Shown here: piece after piece, positions 57,873 to 64,000 of the stretch
Position numbering within the stretch: position 1 is the first letter of the stretch
How the letters are laid out: the number at the start of each line of letters is the position of its first letter
Assembly: GCA_044235405.1 (NCBI GenBank)
Contig: JBIIHU010000001.1
Span: 375-64,374, forward strand
DNA from: Burkholderiaceae bacterium
Lineage (GTDB): Bacteria > Pseudomonadota > Gammaproteobacteria > Burkholderiales > Burkholderiaceae_E
Length of the DNA: 64,000 nucleotides
Direction of reading: 5' to 3'
The notes under the pieces: generated by a model
Database searches by the model: none
What the model was told of the DNA's origin: nothing
The model's input: only the letters and a program-made list of their open reading frames with translations
Made by a program: the position numbers and the translations under genes

Positions 57873-57993
57873 TGCAGCCGATTCGAAACGTTCACAGCCC
57901 CCGATCATACGGCGAGCCCGGTGTCGGGCGCATGACGCGACGCCCAACCGGGCGATACTGCAGCCACCGAACGCCCGTCTCCGGAGCCCTGCG

Positions 57994-59328
57994 ATGCCCG
58001 AGCCCGCCCCGCCGATCGCCGGCCTGGCGCCCGCCACCTCGCCCGACGCGGCGCTCGACGCCCTGCTCGCACGCCGCGACCGGCTCTTCGGCCCGGGTGC
58101 GCCGCTCTTCTACCAGCGGCCGCTGCACCTGGTGCGCGGCGAAGGGGTCTGGCTGCACGACGCCGACGGCCGACGCTACCTCGACCTCTACAACAACATC
58201 CCGGTGGTGGGGCATGCCAACCCGCGCGTCGTGGCGGCCCTGGCCGGGCAGGCGGCGCGCCACTGGACGCACAGCCGCTACCTCGATGCCCGCATTCTCG
58301 ACTACGCGCAGCGCCTGGTCGACCTGCACGACCCCTCGATCGGCAGCGTGGTGTTCACCTGCACGGGCACCGAGGCCAACGAAGTGGCGATGCAGATGGC
58401 GCGCATCGCCACCGGCGGCCGCGGCTTCGTGTGCACCACCGCGGCCTACCACGGACACAGCGCACTGGTCGGCTCACTCACCCGCGCGCCGCGACGGGGC
58501 CGGCCCGATGTCCATGCGATCGCGTACCCGCAACGCTATCGCCCGCTGGCCGACGGGCTCGATGCGGCCGGGCTGGTGCGGGCCCATCTCGACGAGGTTC
58601 GCGCCGCGATCGCCGACTTCGATGCCGCCGGCGTGCCCCTGGCCGGCATGCTGGTGTGCCCGATCTTCGCCAACGAAGGCCTGCCCGAGCCGCTGCCCGG
58701 CTTCCTGCCGCAGGCCGCACGGCTGGTGCGCGAGGCCGGGGGCCTGCTGATCGTCGACGAGGTGCAGTCGGGCTTCTGCCGCACCGGACGGTGGTGGGCG
58801 TACCAGGGCGAGGGCGTGGTGCCCGACATCGTCACCACCGGCAAGCCGATGGGCAACGGCATGCCGATGGGCGCGTGCGCGGCCCGCCCGGACCTGGTCG
58901 CGCGCTTTCGCGCCGCGGGCCGCTACTTCAACACCTTCGCCGGCTCGCCCGTGCATGCGGCTGCGGGTCTGGCGGTGCTCGACGAGATCGAGGACCGCGG
59001 GCTGGCGGCGAAGGCCGCGGCCCACGGTGCATGGCTGCTGGAGGCGCTGCGCGAGATCGCGATCAACGTGCAGGCGATCGGCGACGTGCGCGGGCGCGGC
59101 CTGTTCATCGCGATCGAGTGGGTGCATGACCGGACCACACGCGCCCCCGACCGCGAAGGGGCCGTCGCGATGGTCAACCGCCTGCGCGACGCCGGCGCGC
59201 TGATCGGCCATGCCGGCGAACACGGCAACGTGCTCAAGATCCGCCCGCCGCTGGTTTTCGAGCGGGAGCACGCCGAGTACTTCGTCGCCCTCTTCAAGCA
59301 GGCGCTCGAGCGCACGGCGACCGCCTGA
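57994..59328 (+). CDS. Class III PLP aminotransferase family (possibly phospho-lyase subgroup)
   Basis: VRGEGVWL, YLDLYNN..VVGHANP, TGTEANE, DEVQSGFCRTG, TGKPMGNG and NVLKIRPPL. Confidence 0.9.
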   Translation: MPEPAPPIAGLAPATSPDAALDALLARRDRLFGPGAPLFYQRPLHLVRGEGVWLHDADGRRYLDLYNNIPVVGHANPRVVAALAGQAARHWTHSRYLDARILDYAQRLVDLHDPSIGSVVFTCTGTEANEVAMQMARIATGGRGFVCTTAAYHGHSALVGSLTRAPRRGRPDVHAIAYPQRYRPLADGLDAAGLVRAHLDEVRAAIADFDAAGVPLAGMLVCPIFANEGLPEPLPGFLPQAARLVREAGGLLIVDEVQSGFCRTGRWWAYQGEGVVPDIVTTGKPMGNGMPMGACAARPDLVARFRAAGRYFNTFAGSPVHAAAGLAVLDEIEDRGLAAKAAAHGAWLLEALREIAINVQAIGDVRGRGLFIAIEWVHDRTTRAPDREGAVAMVNRLRDAGALIGHAGEHGNVLKIRPPLVFEREHAEYFVALFKQALERTATA

Positions 59329-59333
59329 ACATC

Positions 59334-60422
59334 ATGAGCGCGACCGAAGACCGCGGCAGCGACGGCGATCCCGCGCAGGATCGGGCGGCGCACGCATGCG
59401 CCGGCGCGGCGCTCGCGCACTGGGGCATCGCCGACGCGACCCTCGACTTCGTCGCGGCGCGCGAAAACGTGGTCTTCCGGGCCACGCTCGGCGACGGCCG
59501 ACGGTACGCCGTGCGGATCCATCGCGCCGGGTATCACGACGCCGCCGAACTGACGAGCGAGCACGCCTGGACCACCGCACTCAGCGATGCCGGCATCCCG
59601 ACCCCGCGCCCCGTGCCCACGCTGACGGGCGCGCCGCACGCCGAGCTCGCATGGCCCGGCGCCGGCGGCGGGGTTCGCTTCGTGGGACTGATCGAGTGGA
59701 TCGACGGCGTGCCGATGGCCGAGGCGATCGCCAGCGGCACGGCCGATCCCGTCGACGTGCTCGAGCGCATCGGCGCGACCCTCGCCCGCATGCACGCGCA
59801 GGCCGTCGCATGGGCCGCACCGGCCGGCTTTCGCCGCCCCCTGCTCGATGCCGATGGCCTGATCGGCGAGCGGCCCTGGTGGGGCTCGTTCTGGGATCTG
59901 CCGGAGTTCGACGCGACCCAGGCCCGCGTCGTGCGCGAGGCGCGCGCGCGCATGCATGCCGGCCTGCTCGCCCATGGCCGGCAGGCCGCGACCTTCTCGA
60001 TCATCCATGCCGACGTGCTGCCGCAGAACGTGCTGCTGCGCGACGGCGAGCCGGTCATCTTCGACTTCGACGACTGCGCCTTCGGCTGGCATGCCTACGA
60101 TCTCGCGGTCGCGCTGATCCCCTTCATGCACGACCCGCGCTTCGAGGCGCTCGCGGCGGCTGCCGTGCGCGGCTATCGGCGCGAGCGGCCCTTCCCCGCT
60201 GCCGAGGTCGAGCAGCTTTCCCGGCTGCTGGCGGCGCGGCTTCTGGTGCAGCTCGGCTGGCTGCACCACCGGGTGCCCCGGGCGCTGCGCCTCGGGCCCG
60301 AGCGGGTCGTGCCCCGCGCCGAACTGCTGGGCCCGCGGATCACCGCCGCGCTGTCGGCCTGCGAACAGGTGCTCGATGGCGTCGAACCCTTTCCTCTCGC
60401 GGAGATCCCCCGATGCACCTGA
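59334..60422 (+). CDS. APH/choline-kinase-like phosphotransferase
   Basis: ENVVFR, YAVRIHR, IIHADVLPQNVL and IFDFDD..FGW..YDLA. Confidence 0.9.
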   Translation: MSATEDRGSDGDPAQDRAAHACAGAALAHWGIADATLDFVAARENVVFRATLGDGRRYAVRIHRAGYHDAAELTSEHAWTTALSDAGIPTPRPVPTLTGAPHAELAWPGAGGGVRFVGLIEWIDGVPMAEAIASGTADPVDVLERIGATLARMHAQAVAWAAPAGFRRPLLDADGLIGERPWWGSFWDLPEFDATQARVVREARARMHAGLLAHGRQAATFSIIHADVLPQNVLLRDGEPVIFDFDDCAFGWHAYDLAVALIPFMHDPRFEALAAAAVRGYRRERPFPAAEVEQLSRLLAARLLVQLGWLHHRVPRALRLGPERVVPRAELLGPRITAALSACEQVLDGVEPFPLAEIPRCT

Positions 60423-61969
60423 CCGACCTCTACTTCCGCGGCCTGCTCACGCACCCGGACCGGCTCGCGCTGAGCGGCGATGGCGGCGACATGACCTACC
60501 GGCAGGTCTGGCGGCAGGTCTGCCGCGTCGCCCGCCGACTGCACGAGGCGGGCTTCGGTCCGGGAGACCGCTTCGCGGTGCTCAGCCCCAACACCGGGCA
60601 GGCCTTCATCGCGATGCTGGGCGCGATGCGCGCAGGCGTCGCCTGGAGCAACCTCAACATGCGCGCCGCGCCGGCCGACATCCTGCACATCCTGGCGGCA
60701 GGGCGCTGCGGCCTGCTCTTCTTCGACCCGGCCGCGGGCGGCCTGGTCGAGGCGATCCGGGCTGGCGTGCCGACGCTGCGCGAGGTGGTCTGCCTGGGCG
60801 ACGATCCGCGCGCGCCCTCGCTCGAGACCTGGCTGGGCGATGTGTCCGATGCGCCACTCGACCTGCGGCTGCCGGAGGACGCGCAGGGCTTCCAGGGGGC
60901 GACCGGCGGCACGACCGGCCGATCCAAGCTCACGGTCGGCTCGAACCGATCCATTCTCACGAGCGTGCTCGCGTGGGCGACCTGCCTGCACTTCGACGAG
61001 CCCCCGGTGAATCTGGCCGTCGCGCCGATCACCCACGCCGGCGGTTTCGTCGCGATGGGCATGGGCCAGTTCGGCGGTACGACGATCATGATGTCCACGC
61101 CCGATGTCGGCGCGATGATCGACCTGATCGCGCAGCGCCGCGTGTCGGTGCTCTTCCTGCCCCCGACGCTGATCTACATGCTGCTCGCGCATCCGAAGGC
61201 GGCCGATGCCGACTTCTCCTCGCTGCGCTACCTGATCGCCGCCGCCTCGCCGTTCGCGCCCGAGAAGATCGTCGAGGCGGTGCATCGCGTCGGGCCGGTG
61301 GTCTGCCAGGCCTTCGGTCAGACCGAATCGGGCTTTCCGACCACCTTCATGTCGCCGGCCGAGATCGCGCAGGCGGTGCGCGAGCCCTCGCTGCGCCACC
61401 GGCTTCTGTCGTGCGGCCGACCCACGGTCGTCGTCGAGGCGATGGCGGTGATGGACGAGCAGGGCCGCCTGCTGCCGCCCGGCGAGACCGGCGAGGTGGT
61501 GCTGCGCGGGCCCACGATCATGGACCGCTATCTGGACGACGAGGCGGCGACCGCCGAGATCCAGCAGCACGGCTGGCACCACACCGGCGACATCGGCCGG
61601 CGCGACGAGGACGGCTACTTCTACATCACCGACCGCAAGCGCGACCTGATCATCTCGGGCGGCTTCAACATCTTCCCCTTCGAGGTCGAGAGCGCGCTGA
61701 TGCAGCACCCGGCGGTGCAGGACTGCGCGGTGATCGGCGTGCCCGACCCCAAGTGGGGCGAGGCGGTGAAGGCCTGCGTGCAGCTCAAGCCGGGCGCGCA
61801 GGCGAGCGCCGACGAGATGATCGCCTGGGCGCGAGGCATCGTCGGCGCGATGAAGGCGCCCAAGTCGGTGGACTTCATCGATGCGCTGCCGCGCAGCCCG
61901 GTGGGCAAGGTCCTGAAGCGCGAGCTGCGCGCGCCCTGGTGGGCCGGTCGCGAACGCGGGGTGGGTTGA
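60413..61969 (+). CDS. AMP-binding acyl-CoA ligase
   Basis: TGGTTGRSK, FGQTE, HTGDIG, DRKRDLIISGGFN and PVGKVLK. Confidence 0.92.
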   Translation: MHLTDLYFRGLLTHPDRLALSGDGGDMTYRQVWRQVCRVARRLHEAGFGPGDRFAVLSPNTGQAFIAMLGAMRAGVAWSNLNMRAAPADILHILAAGRCGLLFFDPAAGGLVEAIRAGVPTLREVVCLGDDPRAPSLETWLGDVSDAPLDLRLPEDAQGFQGATGGTTGRSKLTVGSNRSILTSVLAWATCLHFDEPPVNLAVAPITHAGGFVAMGMGQFGGTTIMMSTPDVGAMIDLIAQRRVSVLFLPPTLIYMLLAHPKAADADFSSLRYLIAAASPFAPEKIVEAVHRVGPVVCQAFGQTESGFPTTFMSPAEIAQAVREPSLRHRLLSCGRPTVVVEAMAVMDEQGRLLPPGETGEVVLRGPTIMDRYLDDEAATAEIQQHGWHHTGDIGRRDEDGYFYITDRKRDLIISGGFNIFPFEVESALMQHPAVQDCAVIGVPDPKWGEAVKACVQLKPGAQASADEMIAWARGIVGAMKAPKSVDFIDALPRSPVGKVLKRELRAPWWAGRERGVG

Positions 61970-62031
61970 GGGGCCGGGAGGGGCCGTGGCGTGGGCTGCG
62001 GGGCCGGGCGGGGCAGGCGCTCCCGGCGAGC

Positions 62032-62622
62032 TCAGCGCCCGGGCCTGCGCCGCGGCTCGAGCAGATCGAGCAGCATCTCCGGTCCGCCGAGCCGGATCAG
62101 GTGCTTGGCCGCATAGGCACGCGCCTGCTCGGTGATCTCGCCGGTGGCGATGAAAAGGGCGTCGTGGACGTCGAGCCGCTCGCGCGAGCTCTGCAACGCC
62201 TCGAGCACCTCGATGCCGCTGCGCGCCGCCTTCCATCGCCGTGCGCCCACGACGGTGCGCCGGCCGTTGCGCTCGATGATGAAATCGGCGCTGGAGTGCC
62301 GGATCGCCTCGACCGTGGCCCCCTCGCGCTGCCAGGCCTCGGTCAGCGTCCGGGAGAACGCATCCCAGCTCATCGCCCGCACCGACTCGGTGATCGCGGC
62401 CACGCGCTTCGGGCTGGGCGCATCGAGCTGACGCCAGCCGCGGATGACCCCGATCACGGCGAAGGGCAGCGCGAACATCGCCGCGAAGAAGGGCGGCAGG
62501 AACAGGCCGGTGAAGGCGAACAGGCCCGCGGCGATCAGCATGCTCACCCACCAGGGCGAGCGCAGCAGGATCGCGAACAGCGACCCCTCGGACATTCGCA
62601 GCTGCGGCAGCTTCCAGGCCAT
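62032..62622 (-). CDS. Membrane-anchored Mrr-like restriction-endonuclease-fold protein
   Basis: Two N-terminal TM segments, then MSWDAF...ADF...RRWKA...IATG Mrr_cat-like domain. Confidence 0.8.
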   Translation of the reverse strand: MAWKLPQLRMSEGSLFAILLRSPWWVSMLIAAGLFAFTGLFLPPFFAAMFALPFAVIGVIRGWRQLDAPSPKRVAAITESVRAMSWDAFSRTLTEAWQREGATVEAIRHSSADFIIERNGRRTVVGARRWKAARSGIEVLEALQSSRERLDVHDALFIATGEITEQARAYAAKHLIRLGGPEMLLDLLEPRRRPGR

Positions 62623-63539
62623 CAGCCGCCCCCGCCGCGGTGCGCGCCAGCGCCCTCACCGGCACCACCCGGCCCGTGCACGACGCTGGGCTCGCCGGTG
62701 CTGCCGCGATTCACGCCGGGGCGCTGGGTGAGCACGTTGCCGGCGCCCGCGCCGAACAGCGCGAGCCCCTGAGCGATTCGCCCGCCGTCGGCGACCACGG
62801 TCTCGCCGGTGATGAAGGCGGCGTCGTCGGAGCACAGGAAGGCGGCGAGCGCCGCGATGTGCTCGGGCTGGCCATGGTCGGGCCAGGGCTGCGGCGGCAG
62901 CACCGACTGGATCTTCTCGGGCCGGCCGCGGTGCAGCAGCGGGGTCATGATGGTGCCGGGGGCGACGCTGTTCATGCGGATGCGGTACGGCGCCATCTCG
63001 ACCGCGACGCTGCGCGTCAGGCTGACGACCGCTGCCTTGGCGGCCGAATACGCATGCGAGCCCGCCCCGCCCTGCAGGCCGGCGATCGAGGCGGTGGCGA
63101 CCAGCGCACCGCCCTCGCCATGACGGCGGATCGCGGGCACCGCGTGCCTGATGCCGAGGAACACGCCGCGCACCAGCACGTGAAAGGTGTAGTCCCAGTC
63201 CTCGACCGAGGTCTCGGTGATCGGCCCGAAGGCGCCACCCACCCCGGCGTTCAGGAAGGCATGGTCGAGGCGGCCGAAGTGGTCGAGCGCAGCCTGCACC
63301 ATCGCCGCGTTGTCGGCTTCGCGCGAGACATCGCCGCGCACCGCCACAGCCTGTCCCGCGCCGTGGGCCGCGGCAAGCAGCGTCACCGTCTCATCGGCGG
63401 CGGCCGCGTTGTAGTCGGCCACCACCACGCGCGCGCCCTCGGCGGCGAAGCGCTGCGCGGCGGCACGCCCGATGCCACTGCCGGCACCGGTGACGAGGAT
63501 GGATCGGCCGGCAAAACGGCCTGGGTGGACGGCGGTCAT
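62622..63539 (-). CDS. SDR-family oxidoreductase
   Basis: TGAGSGIG, LNAG, YSAAK and NSVAPG. Confidence 0.93.
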   Translation of the reverse strand: MTAVHPGRFAGRSILVTGAGSGIGRAAAQRFAAEGARVVVADYNAAAADETVTLLAAAHGAGQAVAVRGDVSREADNAAMVQAALDHFGRLDHAFLNAGVGGAFGPITETSVEDWDYTFHVLVRGVFLGIRHAVPAIRRHGEGGALVATASIAGLQGGAGSHAYSAAKAAVVSLTRSVAVEMAPYRIRMNSVAPGTIMTPLLHRGRPEKIQSVLPPQPWPDHGQPEHIAALAAFLCSDDAAFITGETVVADGGRIAQGLALFGAGAGNVLTQRPGVNRGSTGEPSVVHGPGGAGEGAGAHRGGGG

Positions 63540-63671
63540 CAGCGATGGCTCCAGCGTTGGGGGCACGGGACCGCCATCTTGCCACCGGCCGGCCGCGATT
63601 CCGGAAGTACGCCGGCCGCCGCCGGGTGTAGCCTTGGAGGCATCGGTCAACCACCCTCAGGAGAGGCAGTC

Positions 63672-64000
63672 ATGGACGTCAAGGGCAAGGTCGCGGTCAT
63701 CACCGGCGCGGCCAGCGGCATCGGTCGCGCCACCGCACTCAAGTTCCACGCCGAAGGCGCCGCCGGCGTGGTCGTCGCCGACGTCAACGAGGCGGCGCTG
63801 CAACCGGTCGCCCAGGCCGTGGGCGGGCTCGCGGTGCGCTGCGATGTCGGCCGCGAAGCCGACATCCAGGCGCTGGTGGCCGCCGCCGAGCAGCGCTACG
63901 GCCGGGTCGACATCTACTTCTCCAACGCCGGCATCGGCAACAGCCGCGGCCTGGAGGCCGACGATGCGATGTGGGACAGGATGTGGCGCATCCACGGCAT
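63672..64000 (+). CDS. SDR-family oxidoreductase, N-terminal part; runs off the window
   Basis: Manual translation MDVKGKVAVITGAASGIGRATALKF...DIYFSNAG; GGAGAGG RBS. Confidence 0.9.
   Translation, partial: MDVKGKVAVITGAASGIGRATALKFHAEGAAGVVVADVNEAALQPVAQAVGGLAVRCDVGREADIQALVAAAEQRYGRVDIYFSNAGIGNSRGLEADDAMWDRMWRIHG

Noticed and set aside
62032-62622. Restriction-modification system
   Set aside because: No methyltransferase nearby and the catalytic motif is degenerate.

Overview
Very GC-rich bacterial chromosome segment, most consistent with a Burkholderiales betaproteobacterium (four Bug/TTT solute-binding genes). It holds about 55 CDS and I see no rRNA, tRNA or CRISPR array. Most genes are accessory metabolism and transport: phoX with a PHO box, acyl-CoA ligases and dehydrogenases, an Mla/Pqi-type ABC system, MFS pumps, SDRs and aminotransferases. 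Two regions stand out. (1) A ~5.2 kb integrase-free cassette (39.55-44.81 kb) lies between 32-bp perfect (42-bp near-perfect) direct repeats that duplicate the 3' end of an acyl-CoA dehydrogenase gene. It carries a three-gene operon: a class III nucleotide cyclase-TolB-like-TPR protein, a PAP2/vanadium-haloperoxidase-superfamily enzyme whose N-terminus is (Glu-Gly-Tyr)x9 written in varied synonymous codons, and a signal-peptide-less S8 subtilase. This is the best candidate here for an undescribed signalling, conflict or peptide-modification system. (2) A selenium cluster (14.1-24.2 kb) contains senB and senA starting back-to-back on one ATGCAT palindrome, thioredoxin-ccdA behind an ECF-sigma-type promoter, egtD, a putative selenate ABC transporter, an ATP-grasp protein and a YHS lipoprotein, with no senC/selD in the window. 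All calls come from motif recognition by eye; no database searches were run.
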